A DNA stretch of 64,000 nt from an uncultured Planctomycetales bacterium (GCA_964603585.1 CAZRVK010000007.1:45128-109127); one strand, 5' to 3'. Shown: positions 21,028 to 30,018, counted from the stretch's first letter. Notes: generated by a model from the sequence alone, not told the origin. Translations and numbers: made by a program.

Positions 21028-21186
21028 TTATAGCTTATCAAACATGCTTTTAGGCGTACTGCACTCCGGGCACGCCCAATTATCCGCTAAATCCTCGAAT
21101 TTTGTCCCAGGAGGGATCCCTTGCTGACGATCACCCACTGCAGGATCATAGATATATGGACAACCCCGGCATTGGTATCTGGCCAT
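21028..21186 (-). CDS. rubredoxin (52 aa, below ORF-track cutoff)
   Basis: [52 protein letters not shown]: two CxxC pairs and the YIYDP/W-x-CP rubredoxin signature. Confidence 0.8.
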   Translation of the reverse strand: MARYQCRGCPYIYDPAVGDRQQGIPPGTKFEDLADNWACPECSTPKSMFDKL

Positions 21187-21311
21187 AACATACTCCTTCC
21201 TACTTATAGTTTAGCTGTTCTATCAGGAGTGTGAATAACCAAAATCTACTTTTTTCTGACTTTTTTCGTCTATTAGTTCTATGGGATATATCCAGCAGGA
21301 AAGAGGAATAA

Positions 21312-22574
21312 CTATTTAATCAGGTTTTCAAGCTGATGCCTTTGCCGCACTGTTATTAATTTAATAAACCATAAGGTTAAATAAACCATAATAACCGTCC
21401 ACATCGGCAACCTGTATTTTAAGAATAAATAAAATTGCTCAATATCCTTAAAGAACACTTTATTATATGCCATCGTAGAAATAAAACAAAGAATCGCCAG
21501 GATCCCAACCATAACCCTCCATTTTTTGGATAACGGCGAATAGAATATGAACCGCAAAATAAAAAAATACGGAATAACCAGGAGAATTAATGCGTTCAAA
21601 TAAGCTAAGGGATTAAATAAAAGGCCGCATACAAAAAGACAAGCGTAATCCAAATACACCTCTTCAGGTTTTTTATCTTTTTTAAAGAAAGAATCGTAAA
21701 AGAACAGGATAAATAAGGATAAACAACTGGCCACCCAGGCATAGTAAACCTGCGGGGTCAAACCTTTAGTAATATAACGGTAATCCAGGATGAATAATCC
21801 TTCATGCCTGGAAACAAAAAGCCAGGAGAAAAACGAAAGCAGGGAATAATTCTTGACTGAATAAAGCATATTGGCAGGGGTTGCTTTTAACAGCTCAAAC
21901 CATTCCTGGATATATTTCAAATTCAGGCTAAACCCAGAATAAACTGCAGGTAAAAACAGAAAAAAACCTATAAACAGAAAAGTATACCCAACAATCTTAA
22001 ATCGCCTGCGGATCACAAAGTAACCTAATAAAAGCAGTGGGAAGAATTTGATCATAAGACTAAATGCCAATGCCAGTGCAGATAAGAGATCTTTTTTTTG
22101 TATTTCAAAATACATCGCCATAACCATAAGAAAGCAAAGCAGCATATTTGCCTGTCCGATCTTAATATTAGCAAAAATATACCGTCCGGTTAAAGCAAAC
22201 AAAAAAACAACGATTGCCAGATCCCTGGTAGAAGAAAAAGAAATCTGCTTAAGCTTATATAAGAAATAGAACATCCCATAAAATAACCCCAGGTTTAGTA
22301 TACTCCAGATATAAAGAGCCGGCACTTTATTGATTAAAGCAAGCGGAGAAAAAAACAAAGCGAAAACCGGCAGGTATTTGAATTCTTCTATCCCCTGATG
22401 AGCGGTATAGATCGGGATTCCAGCTAAATAATTCTGGCTGGTAGTATAATATACATCAAAGTCCCCCGAGGTCCTATCAGTCGAGACCGAGCCGATCAAA
22501 CCAATGGCGGACATGGCTATAAAAATAAATATGATGCAATGGATATACTTATGGACTGGGTTCTTATTTATCAT
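21312..22574 (-). CDS. polytopic membrane glycosyltransferase, GT87/DUF2029-like
   Basis: 420 aa, ~10 TM helices, N-terminal GDFDVYY...AHQ motif characteristic of DUF2029/GT87 mannosyltransferase-like proteins. Confidence 0.45.
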   Translation of the reverse strand: MINKNPVHKYIHCIIFIFIAMSAIGLIGSVSTDRTSGDFDVYYTTSQNYLAGIPIYTAHQGIEEFKYLPVFALFFSPLALINKVPALYIWSILNLGLFYGMFYFLYKLKQISFSSTRDLAIVVFLFALTGRYIFANIKIGQANMLLCFLMVMAMYFEIQKKDLLSALALAFSLMIKFFPLLLLGYFVIRRRFKIVGYTFLFIGFFLFLPAVYSGFSLNLKYIQEWFELLKATPANMLYSVKNYSLLSFFSWLFVSRHEGLFILDYRYITKGLTPQVYYAWVASCLSLFILFFYDSFFKKDKKPEEVYLDYACLFVCGLLFNPLAYLNALILLVIPYFFILRFIFYSPLSKKWRVMVGILAILCFISTMAYNKVFFKDIEQFYLFLKYRLPMWTVIMVYLTLWFIKLITVRQRHQLENLIK

Positions 22575-22696
22575 TGTCCTGGTATTTTATTAATAGCCTT
22601 AGATTTATCATACAGTATTTTATATTTTTATACAACAATAAAACGGCAAGAGTAAAAAACCCCTGCCGTTATTTAGGATAATAATGATCGATCCGC

Positions 22697-23725
22697 TTAT
22701 TTCCCAGGCAAATGGCACATCGGCTTTAGCCCATGCTTCCGGTAATAATCCTGGTGATATTCCTCGGCCTTATAAAACTCTTTTGCCGGAACAACCTCTG
22801 TCACGATCGGCCCCCTGAATTTATTCGACTCTTGCAGTCTTTTTTTAGAAGCCTGCGCTATTCTTTCTTGTTCCGGGGTATAATAGAAAATTGCCGAACG
22901 GTACTGGCTGCCGATATCCGGTCCCTGCCGGTTTGGCGTAGTCGGGTCATGGATATTCCAGAAAACGTCCAATAGTTTTTCATAAGATACAATCGCAGGA
23001 TCATAGACCAACTCCACGGCTTCGGCGTGGCCAGTTGTGTCGGTACAGACATCTTCATAACTGGGATTCTCTGTTTTTCCTCCAATAAAACCTACCGTCG
23101 TATGCAGTACCCCTTTTACTTGGTCAAATGCTGCTTCTACTCCCCAAAAACAGCCTGCGGCAAAAACCGCTTTTTCGGTTTTTTCTTTCTTAGGCTCATT
23201 AATAGACATGATTTTTAACGCCACCATATTAATACAGTACCTTTTTCCTGTAGGAGGAGGCCCGTCATCAAATAAATGGCCCAGATGCGCATCACAGCGG
23301 GCACAAAGCACCTCTACCCGATACATACCAAAGCTGTTATCTACCTGGGTTTTGATATTTAGCGTAGAAACTGGCTCCCAAAAACTAGGCCAGCCTGTGC
23401 CTGATTCAAACTTCGTATCCACCCTAAACAAAGCCGTACCACAACAAGCACATAAATATATCCCCTGTTTGCCCTGATTGATCACAGGGCATTGTCCGCT
23501 AAAAGGTTTTTCCGTACCTTTCAACCTTGTGACATTATATTGTTCCGGAGTAAGAATATCTTTCCACTGGCTATCTGTTTTATAGATCCGCGCAACTTTT
23601 TCAATTTTACCCGTAACAGGATTAAAAATATCGATTTTCTCTATTTCTTTTGCTGATCCTGTCATTTGCCCTCCCAAGAGCAATAAAACCAAAATACCAT
23701 GACTTAGAACTTTACCCCTAAGCAT
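22697..23725 (-). CDS. msrAB: secreted bifunctional methionine sulfoxide reductase MsrB-MsrA
   Basis: Signal peptide; MsrB zinc/Cys motifs (CACCGTALF...[21 protein letters not shown]) then MsrA GCFWG active site. Confidence 0.85.
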   Translation of the reverse strand: MLRGKVLSHGILVLLLLGGQMTGSAKEIEKIDIFNPVTGKIEKVARIYKTDSQWKDILTPEQYNVTRLKGTEKPFSGQCPVINQGKQGIYLCACCGTALFRVDTKFESGTGWPSFWEPVSTLNIKTQVDNSFGMYRVEVLCARCDAHLGHLFDDGPPPTGKRYCINMVALKIMSINEPKKEKTEKAVFAAGCFWGVEAAFDQVKGVLHTTVGFIGGKTENPSYEDVCTDTTGHAEAVELVYDPAIVSYEKLLDVFWNIHDPTTPNRQGPDIGSQYRSAIFYYTPEQERIAQASKKRLQESNKFRGPIVTEVVPAKEFYKAEEYHQDYYRKHGLKPMCHLPGK

Positions 23726-23829
23726 ATTATTTAAAATAGAATACGTAATATCTCTTTATTAATTATATAATATCAAAATAATGAATACTGTAAATGTTCC
23801 AGATCCACTTTTTTCTGATTTTTTTCCAC

Positions 23830-24603
23830 TTAAATCAATTTCAGTAAATCTTTCGCGACTTTTTCTCCGGCTAAAAGCATACCGCCAAATACCGGACCCA
23901 TTCGCGGCCCGCCGAACACCGCATTTGCGCACATACCGCAAGCGTATAAACCCGAACAGATCTCTTTTGAATTCTTTACAATTATCTCCTCTCCCACATC
24001 CGCCCACATGGATTGTTCACCCATAGTTTTACCGCTCTTTGTATTAAGCCTGATACCTGATTTTCTTTCAATGATTCGTGCGACCTCTGCGGGGTGGCCA
24101 GTAGCATCTACAACGACTTTGGCGCGCATTGTAATCGGATCAACATGTAATTGTGCCATCTCTACTGCCGTCCAGTTTAAAACCAGGCCGGTCACTTTTT
24201 TATTACGCACCATCACATCTTCGACGCTCATCAGATTAAAGATCTTAAGCCCGGCTTGCATTGCCTTAGAGCAAATAGTCGATACCGATTCAATGGAATC
24301 CGCCAGATAATATCCCTTAGCATAACATTTACTTCTGATACCAAACTCATCCAATAGCCTTTTAGCCTTATCCTGTACAACAATTTCATTAAACATGATC
24401 CCTCCACCCCACATGCCGCCGCCTACGGAAAGCTTCCTTTCAAAAAGAACCGCTTTCTTCCCGGCCTTAGCCAAATAATACCCGCAAACCATCCCGGCAG
24501 GACCCGCACCTACTATAGCCACATCAACATCAAGGGCTTCTATCAATTTATCTTTATACGAACCAATTATCGCTTTTGAGATCACGATCTCATCCAATTC
24601 CAT
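23830..24603 (-). CDS. thi4: Thi4-family thiazole synthase
   Basis: 257 aa; [10 protein letters not shown] dinucleotide-binding motif, GGGMWGGG, conserved Thi4 C-terminal region. Confidence 0.8.
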   Translation of the reverse strand: MELDEIVISKAIIGSYKDKLIEALDVDVAIVGAGPAGMVCGYYLAKAGKKAVLFERKLSVGGGMWGGGIMFNEIVVQDKAKRLLDEFGIRSKCYAKGYYLADSIESVSTICSKAMQAGLKIFNLMSVEDVMVRNKKVTGLVLNWTAVEMAQLHVDPITMRAKVVVDATGHPAEVARIIERKSGIRLNTKSGKTMGEQSMWADVGEEIIVKNSKEICSGLYACGMCANAVFGGPRMGPVFGGMLLAGEKVAKDLLKLI

Positions 24604-24629
24604 TTTATCCTCCTTTGTTAGCGTATAAA

Positions 24630-24770
24630 TAAAAAACCCTTATGCCGAAAGCACAAGGGTTTTTTGTATCCGCATTCCCTCCGCTGGCATGACCCAGATC
24701 AGGTTATTAGGGTAATCCGCTTAATCCGCGGAACTCTCAGGCCGTCTTAAACGGCCTCCCCTCTTTTAAA
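24630..24770 (-). promoter_or_regulatory. TPP (THI-box) riboswitch with intrinsic-terminator expression platform
   Basis: Minus-strand GGGGAGGCC...CUGAGA...ACCUGAUCUGGGUCAUGCCAGCGGAGGGAA matches TPP aptamer consensus; then hairpin aacccttgtgc/gcataagggtt plus U-run immediately 5' of thi4. Confidence 0.8.
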
Positions 24771-24777
24771 TTACTCT

Positions 24778-25182
24778 TTATTGCTGCTGTTTACACGTAA
24801 CAGTTGAAACCAAACTACGGATCTCTTCAAGTTGAGATCCTCCAAGATCAAGGAATTTTATCCCGGTATCAAAAAGAAGCGGCCGAATACCCTCGGGAAC
24901 CCGCTCTTTGACCCAGATCACTTCTCCCCGGCATTTTACCGGGACCACCCTGGAATCAAAAAACAACTCTACATCAACGGTCGTTGGAATATGCAGTTTC
25001 TGGTTTAAAATCACTCTCATCCCTCCTTCACCGAGATTTTCGGTGTGAGAGTCAAAAACGAGAGTTCTTTCTGCGAATGAAGCACAAATCTTACAGATGA
25101 CATTTGCCCGGGGGGATTTTCGTTTTTCGTTATGCATATTTTCACCTCTTATATTCGCATAACTAAAATTTCCTTGATCCAC
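24778..25182 (-). CDS. PilZ-domain c-di-GMP-binding protein
   Basis: RxxxR (RKSPRANV) and D-x-S-x-x-G (DSHTENLGEGG) PilZ motifs. Confidence 0.7.
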   Translation of the reverse strand: MDQGNFSYANIRGENMHNEKRKSPRANVICKICASFAERTLVFDSHTENLGEGGMRVILNQKLHIPTTVDVELFFDSRVVPVKCRGEVIWVKERVPEGIRPLLFDTGIKFLDLGGSQLEEIRSLVSTVTCKQQQ

Positions 25183-25246
25183 TATATTTTAACATGCCAA
25201 AGGATTTGCGCAATGATTATTTGATGCTCCCAACCCCCAATACCCA

Positions 25247-25717
25247 TTAACCTCCGCTGGCACAAAAAAAGGCTTTTTGCTCATCTTTATCATAGAACAG
25301 ATACGCATCGCCTCCGTGACGCAAATCAATCCTGCGATAATAACAAGAAAGGTCAGGGATAGAAAACAAATCTTCTTTAAAGGCATTATTCCGGTCTTTT
25401 CGCGCATCAACACCTGAATCGTAAATATGTTTATCGATACATCCGGGCAAAAGCTGGTATCCGCTAGACAATCCTTCAAAAGTATTTTGATCGGTTTTAA
25501 AAACAGCGGCTACAGAATACCCTTGCCACCATGTGCCATGTCCATAAATGATCCGCACGGTTTGAGGTATGGGATCCAGGATAAACATTTTAAAGACTTT
25601 TTCTGCATTCAGCTTATGTGAGCTAAAAAAAAGACCCATAAATACTGCCATGCCCAACATCGCCGCTACGATACAAACAGCGATTACTATTATTACCCGT
25701 TTGATGATCTTTGCCAT
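25247..25717 (-). CDS. membrane-anchored hypothetical protein
   Basis: 156 aa, N-terminal TM helix; overlapping ORF 25189-25479 in another frame judged spurious. Confidence 0.35.
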   Translation of the reverse strand: MAKIIKRVIIVIAVCIVAAMLGMAVFMGLFFSSHKLNAEKVFKMFILDPIPQTVRIIYGHGTWWQGYSVAAVFKTDQNTFEGLSSGYQLLPGCIDKHIYDSGVDARKDRNNAFKEDLFSIPDLSCYYRRIDLRHGGDAYLFYDKDEQKAFFCASGG

Positions 25718-25742
25718 TTGTCGGCGCTCCTTACTTTATTTT

Positions 25743-26438
25743 TTAAGAGTTACAAACGATCCTGAAGAAATTTTCGTATATTCTTTTTGCCTGGGAATGA
25801 ATTATACTTTTATTCAACGTATAACCAGAAATCAGCGGGGCAAGGCCTGTCGCCACCGGATCAACCGCCGCGTATTTATTATACCACTCTTTAATGTCTT
25901 TGTCTGTTATCTCGATATGGAATTGTAATCCATAAGCATTAGCGCCAACCTTAAAAGCCTGATGCGGACAGCCAGAAGCAGTTGCTAACAGGTCCCCTTC
26001 CGGCGGGATCTCGAACATATCCGAATGCCAATGAAAAACAGGAGCCTCCGGCAATAGATCCTTTAAAACCGGATCCTCTTTACCTTTATCCGTCAAGTTA
26101 ATATGATACCAGCCGATCTCTTTAACCGGAGAACGAACAACATTCGCTCCTGCGGCTTTTGCTAATAATTGGGATCCCAGGCAAATTCCCAAATACGGTA
26201 TATTTAAAGACAGGCATTCTTTTATGAAGCGGTCTTCCTCGGCCAAAAAAGGATATTTGTTTTCTTCATATACATTCATTGGGCCGCCTAAAACCACTAC
26301 TGCCCTGTAGCCCTTTGGGCTGGACGGCAGACGACCACCATTGGCAAGCTCAACCGTATCCCAATGAATGCCCTTTTTCCGCAAAAACTCCCCAAACGTC
26401 CCCGGGCCTTCAATATCGATATGCTTTATAATTAACAT
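25743..26438 (-). CDS. class I glutamine amidotransferase-like protein
   Basis: GATase1 nucleophile elbow (LGICLGSQLL) and His/Glu context (HWHSD..E). Confidence 0.7.
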   Translation of the reverse strand: MLIIKHIDIEGPGTFGEFLRKKGIHWDTVELANGGRLPSSPKGYRAVVVLGGPMNVYEENKYPFLAEEDRFIKECLSLNIPYLGICLGSQLLAKAAGANVVRSPVKEIGWYHINLTDKGKEDPVLKDLLPEAPVFHWHSDMFEIPPEGDLLATASGCPHQAFKVGANAYGLQFHIEITDKDIKEWYNKYAAVDPVATGLAPLISGYTLNKSIIHSQAKRIYENFFRIVCNS

Positions 26439-26556
26439 CGACTGATCTTTTTTTTCTCTTCGAAAAATAAACTTGCCTGAAGAAAACTGACAAGTTTAAT
26501 ACTAATTGCGATCGATACTATATATCTTATCACAGAGCACAAATTAATAAATCCTA

Positions 26557-26600
26557 AGTTTAAAAAATAATGGAGGGGGAATGAGTTATCCCCCTCCATC
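26557..26600 (-). terminator. rho-independent terminator
   Basis: Perfect 11 bp inverted repeat atggaggggga/tccccctccat followed on the minus strand by a T-rich tract; just downstream of the 26625 gene end. Confidence 0.5.
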
Positions 26601-26624
26601 GATATAACTGTTACCTACTGCCGG

Positions 26625-26852
26625 TTAGTGCTTAGGGCAATTACACTTTGCGTCACATTTTCCGTCGGCGCAAAGGCACTTTCCCTGACTGCAGCATTTT
26701 CCTTCGCAGGTACATTTTCCTTTTACGCAGCAGGTCCCGTTCACGCAAGGGCATGCCTTTTCTGCACAACAGTCATTTGCTGCGGCCAAGGGATATCCAT
26801 AACCGAAAAGCATGGCCGTAATAATAGGTAATATGAAAAGATATTTTTTCAT
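26625..26852 (-). CDS. secreted metallothionein-like cysteine-rich peptide
   Basis: 75 aa; signal peptide then ~50 aa with 19 Cys in CC/CxC/CPC arrangements. Confidence 0.5.
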   Translation of the reverse strand: MKKYLFILPIITAMLFGYGYPLAAANDCCAEKACPCVNGTCCVKGKCTCEGKCCSQGKCLCADGKCDAKCNCPKH

Positions 26853-26900
26853 AGTATCTCCTTAATATAATTTGTTATTCACTGATTAATCGCGTGCTTA

Positions 26901-27212
26901 TCAGGCCCGCGGAGGATGGAAAATATCAATTACAGACAGATAAAGGTAGGCAATGTTGGAGTTTTGCGCAAGATACCCTGTAAAACCAAGCGTAGGAAAA
27001 GTTTTGTTTTTTCTTAAAAATGCCTGGGGGATCTGATGGCTACAAATACAAACCGAAGGAGTATTATGGCATTTAGTACTCTGATGGCAGTCATTGGCAG
27101 CACAGCAGCCACAACTTTGGTGGACATCAGAATAAGCTGATTCCCCCATAAATCCGCCTGCCAAAATTATGATCATTACCCAAAATAAGCATCTTAGGAA
27201 CGTTTTATTCAT
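26901..27212 (-). CDS. small membrane-anchored Cys/His-rich protein (paralog family member 4)
   Basis: 103 aa; N-terminal hydrophobic anchor then HQSCGCCAANDCHQSTKCHNTPSVCICSHQ; preceded by the conserved upstream element. Confidence 0.45.
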   Translation of the reverse strand: MNKTFLRCLFWVMIIILAGGFMGESAYSDVHQSCGCCAANDCHQSTKCHNTPSVCICSHQIPQAFLRKNKTFPTLGFTGYLAQNSNIAYLYLSVIDIFHPPRA

Positions 27213-27221
27213 GACTATACT

Positions 27222-27283
27222 AGTTCCGGTAGTCCCGGGAACACATTACTTAATTATCCGCAGTTAAATTCAGGTTCCTCGAA
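27222..27283 (-). promoter_or_regulatory. conserved promoter/operator element copy 1 (upstream of 26901-27212)
   Basis: Minus-strand CTGCGGATAATTAAGTAATGTGTTCCCGGGAC: palindrome TTAAnnnnnnGGATAATTAAG over a GATAAT -10, plus GTTCCCGGAAC palindrome; ~80% identical to copies 2 and 3. Confidence 0.6.
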
Positions 27284-27463
27284 TCATGAGTCGGATATCG
27301 CACTACAAGACACACATCCCTCGAAGCAACCAGTATTATCACTAGTAGGGTCACTAACGCTAGCGCCGGTTTTACACACTACAAGCACCATCTCCTGTTT
27401 ATCTTGTCTTACTAATACAATGAAATGCGGCTGTTTCCACATTTTCTTTATTTTATAGCCCAT
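27284..27463 (-). CDS. small Cys-containing peptide P1 (59 aa, not in ORF track)
   Basis: MGYKIKKMWKQPHFIVLVRQDKQEMVLVVCKTGASVSDPTSDNTGCFEGCVSCSAISDS; RBS GGGGAG; own TTGACA-16-TAGAAT promoter at ~27500-27535; paralog of P2/P3. Confidence 0.5.
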   Translation of the reverse strand: MGYKIKKMWKQPHFIVLVRQDKQEMVLVVCKTGASVSDPTSDNTGCFEGCVSCSAISDS

Positions 27464-27570
27464 AATCTCCCCAATCCCTTTTATTAAATTCTACTCTTTC
27501 CCCATGTTTTGTCAACCGTAGACTAGTTTCAGAAGTAATAGGGAAAAATGACTGCCGCCTTTCCTCTAGT

Positions 27571-27759
27571 CTATGACGATCCCCAAAGAGAACAAGCAGA
27601 ACAAGTACGGTCCTCCGTTGCACAACCTATATAGAACTCAGCAGGCCCTGTATAGACTGCCTCCTGCTTACAATTTACCAACACTCTTTCTTCCCTAATC
27701 CCACTTATTAAACCAATGAAATGCGGCTGTTTCCATTGCTTCTTCATTCTATAGCCCAT
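27571..27759 (-). CDS. small Cys-containing peptide P2 (62 aa; ORF-track N-terminal extension judged spurious)
   Basis: MGYRMKKQWKQPHFIGLISGIREERVLVNCKQEAVYTGPAEFYIGCATEDRTCSACSLWGSS; start set at ATG 27759 preceded by GGGGAG RBS; 5' coding region ~85% nt identical to P1. Confidence 0.5.
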   Translation of the reverse strand: MGYRMKKQWKQPHFIGLISGIREERVLVNCKQEAVYTGPAEFYIGCATEDRTCSACSLWGSS

Positions 27760-27789
27760 GATCTCCCCAATTCCTATCGTATCTTGCAT

Positions 27790-27856
27790 TTCCGGAGACA
27801 CATTGCTTAATTATCCGCAATTAAGTATCGTGCCCCCGAATCCACGACCTAATCTC
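27790..27856 (-). promoter_or_regulatory. conserved promoter/operator element copy 2 (upstream of P2)
   Basis: Minus-strand CACGATACTTAATTGCGGATAATTAAGCAATGTGTCTCCGGAAATG; same architecture as copies 1 and 3. Confidence 0.6.
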
Positions 27857-28279
27857 TTATTTAAAGATAATTATCAACGTACCACTCGTAATTAAGGCAA
27901 TCGCCAACCACTGATAAACGCCTAACCGCTCCCCTAAGAATAGAAGTGATAAAACCACCGCAAATACTAAACTTAGTTTGTCAATTGGAGCAACTAACGA
28001 TGCTGGTCCAGCTTGTAAAGCTCGAAAATAGCATAACCAGGAAAGCCCAGTTGCAATTCCTGAAAGAATCAAGAAAATCAAACTATGCTTATCAATCAGC
28101 AATGGATTCTTCCATTCCCTGCGAATAAAAATAATCGCGCCTAAAAAAACGATAATAACGATAGTCCTAATAAATGTGGCCAGATTGGATGAAATATTTT
28201 TTACTCCGATCTTTGCCAATACAGCCGTTATACCTGCAAAAAAGGCCGATAAGATAGCGAATATTTTCCAGTCAATCAT
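27857..28279 (-). CDS. small EamA/DMT-family permease (single EamA domain, 4 TM)
   Basis: 140 aa, four TM helices, EamA-like pattern (AILSAFFAGITAVLAK...LIITSGTLIIIF). Confidence 0.6.
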   Translation of the reverse strand: MIDWKIFAILSAFFAGITAVLAKIGVKNISSNLATFIRTIVIIVFLGAIIFIRREWKNPLLIDKHSLIFLILSGIATGLSWLCYFRALQAGPASLVAPIDKLSLVFAVVLSLLFLGERLGVYQWLAIALITSGTLIIIFK

Positions 28280-28373
28280 TAAGTTCCTTTATCCTTATCT
28301 GATGCAATAGGGGAAAATGCCTGTCCCAAAAGTGACTGTCACCTTCACCCCTTACTGCAATACAAAAACCCAG

Positions 28374-28580
28374 CTAACTTAAGGCAATCGTAGAACACTC
28401 ACCATTACAGAGAGGCACATTCCCAACACAGCTCAAATCAGACATAAATGCACCACCAAACACCTCATTTAGTCCCTTACATATACTTAAAACTTTTTCC
28501 TGGAGGTGATCTCCTCGCGTTAACACAATCAAAATTGGCTTTGCCCACTTCATTTTGAGTTTTGTTCTATTTCTTGTCAT
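28374..28580 (-). CDS. small Cys-containing peptide P3 (68 aa)
   Basis: MTRNRTKLKMKWAKPILIVLTRGDHLQEKVLSICKGLNEVFGGAFMSDLSCVGNVPLCNGECSTIALS; perfect RBS AAGGAGGT 9 nt upstream of ATG 28580. Confidence 0.5.
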   Translation of the reverse strand: MTRNRTKLKMKWAKPILIVLTRGDHLQEKVLSICKGLNEVFGGAFMSDLSCVGNVPLCNGECSTIALS

Positions 28581-28605
28581 TAAACTATTTACCTCCTTAA
28601 AGCCA

Positions 28606-28670
28606 TAGTTCCGGGAACACATTACGTAATTATCCATAAATTAAGTATCGTGTACCCTGAATAATCCTAC
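28606..28670 (-). promoter_or_regulatory. conserved promoter/operator element copy 3 (upstream of P3-EamA operon)
   Basis: Minus-strand CACGATACTTAATTTATGGATAATTACGTAATGTGTTCCCGGAACTA; GATAAT -10 inside a TTAATT/AATTAA dyad plus GTTCCCGGAAC palindrome. Confidence 0.6.
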
Positions 28671-28821
28671 CCACCAAAACAGCAAAAAAACCACTCCCCG
28701 AGACATTGACATCCCTTGAAGCGGCTAAACTGTCCTGCAACTGTAACTATCTGATTTTATTAGAAGTTACCGCAGGAGCTGATGTAACTTCATATCCCGT
28801 TTGACTCTGCTTTATTTTATC

Positions 28822-28848
28822 AAACGGAGAGGCAGGGATATTAACCCT
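28822..28848. repeat. att-type direct repeat: partial copy of tRNA-Ser(GGA) 3' end (island left boundary)
   Basis: aacggagaggcagggat (17/17) plus 7/10 further matches to 43894-43920, which is the 3' part of the intact tRNA. Confidence 0.65.
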
Positions 28849-28870
28849 TTTATGCTCAAAATGCCCCTTT

Positions 28871-28893
28871 CACCACCAATTTCACCACCAAAA
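28871..28893. repeat. tandem CACCACCAAT(T)T motifs (arm-type/iteron-like), also present at 43728-43750
   Basis: caccaccaatttcaccaccaa here and caccaccaattcaccaccaa near the other island end. Confidence 0.5.
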
Positions 28894-28917
28894 ATCACGT
28901 TTACTGTAATAATCATA

Positions 28918-30018
28918 TCATTGTATCCTAGTTAGCTCAAGCACTTTTGCTAATCCTTCGCTTGTGCTATGGCTGTAATAACTAAGCACCACATCCGGAT
29001 CTTTATGCCCCGAGATTACCATTGCATCAACAATAGGCACATTATTTTTTCCACATTCAGTCAAAAATCTATGTCGAAAATATGAAGACGTAATCCTTAT
29101 TCCAACAATCTCTTCACTTATCTCTTTCAAATATTCACAAATTCTTCGTTGATTAAACTTGCTACCTTTCTTAGTAACAAATAAATATGGGACTTTATAC
29201 TTATTCGCATTTTGATACGCCTCCCTGATTAGATTCTCTAACTCAAAATCCAGCTTCTTCAAAGGCGCACTTTCATCGGTTTTTGTTGTTTCTGCCCTTA
29301 TATTTAAACCAACGGGTTTTATCCCATCCCAAACGACATCTTTTCTCTCTATAAGCGTAGTTTCTTCAACCCTTCTTCCTGTCCGCTGCATGAAATAAAT
29401 TGGTCTAAAATAATCAATCTTATCTTTCTTAATAAACATTAACAATTCACTTATTTTGCTATTTGAAATTTCAGGAAACTGCTTTTTGTTAGGTTTTGGC
29501 TTTTTTATTTCTTTAAGTCTTTCTATAATATCTTTGCTACAATAACCTAATCTATACATTCGCCCCATAATAGCTTTAACATCAATTAATTCTGACCTTA
29601 ACCCCTTTATTCGCCCTAATTCATTACAATAATAATTCTTATATTCTTCAAAAAACGCCAAACTTATTTGATTCGGATTCTTAACGTAGGGAAATTTTAA
29701 ATCCCTAAAATCGCCAAAAACTCGCCAAAAAGTCTTTTTATACCCCAACCAAGTTTTTCTCGGCTTTTGTTCTGCATTTAACCCTTGACTTATACCTTCC
29801 CAGACTTTAGAAAAATCAACTGTGAGGCGTAACTTCTCAGCTTCGGGCGTTTCTAATTCTTTTCGTTTCTGAGTTATTATTTCTGCACGAATGTTGTAAG
29901 CTTCCTGCATAGACCCAGCTTTGACAGTTTCCCAAAACCTCTGCCCCCTATTAGTCAAACGAAAATTGATCTGATAATTTCCCGCTTCGGTCTCTTTTAC
30001 CCCAACATATCTCTTCAT
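28918..30018 (-). CDS. tyrosine recombinase / phage-type integrase
   Basis: 366 aa; C-terminal catalytic region with R...HxxR (SSYFRHRF) and terminal Tyr (VLSYYSH); adjacent to att repeat. Confidence 0.85.
   Translation of the reverse strand: MKRYVGVKETEAGNYQINFRLTNRGQRFWETVKAGSMQEAYNIRAEIITQKRKELETPEAEKLRLTVDFSKVWEGISQGLNAEQKPRKTWLGYKKTFWRVFGDFRDLKFPYVKNPNQISLAFFEEYKNYYCNELGRIKGLRSELIDVKAIMGRMYRLGYCSKDIIERLKEIKKPKPNKKQFPEISNSKISELLMFIKKDKIDYFRPIYFMQRTGRRVEETTLIERKDVVWDGIKPVGLNIRAETTKTDESAPLKKLDFELENLIREAYQNANKYKVPYLFVTKKGSKFNQRRICEYLKEISEEIVGIRITSSYFRHRFLTECGKNNVPIVDAMVISGHKDPDVVLSYYSHSTSEGLAKVLELTRIQ

Noticed and set aside
23759-24026. ORFs 23759-24007(-) and 23781-24026(+) overlapping the thi4 3' region
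   Set aside because: They overlap the conserved Thi4 frame and the intergenic region, and are Arg/Pro-rich low-complexity translations.
25189-25479. 96 aa ORF overlapping 25247-25717 in a different frame
   Set aside because: Shorter, internal to the longer ORF that has a plausible N-terminal TM anchor; treated as an alternate-frame artefact.
27284-28580. Calling P1-P3 lanthipeptide/RiPP precursors outright
   Set aside because: The Ser/Thr/Cys-rich C-termini are suggestive, but no LanB/LanC/LanM, radical-SAM, YcaO or peptidase/transporter genes occur in the window. Kept as a hypothesis only.
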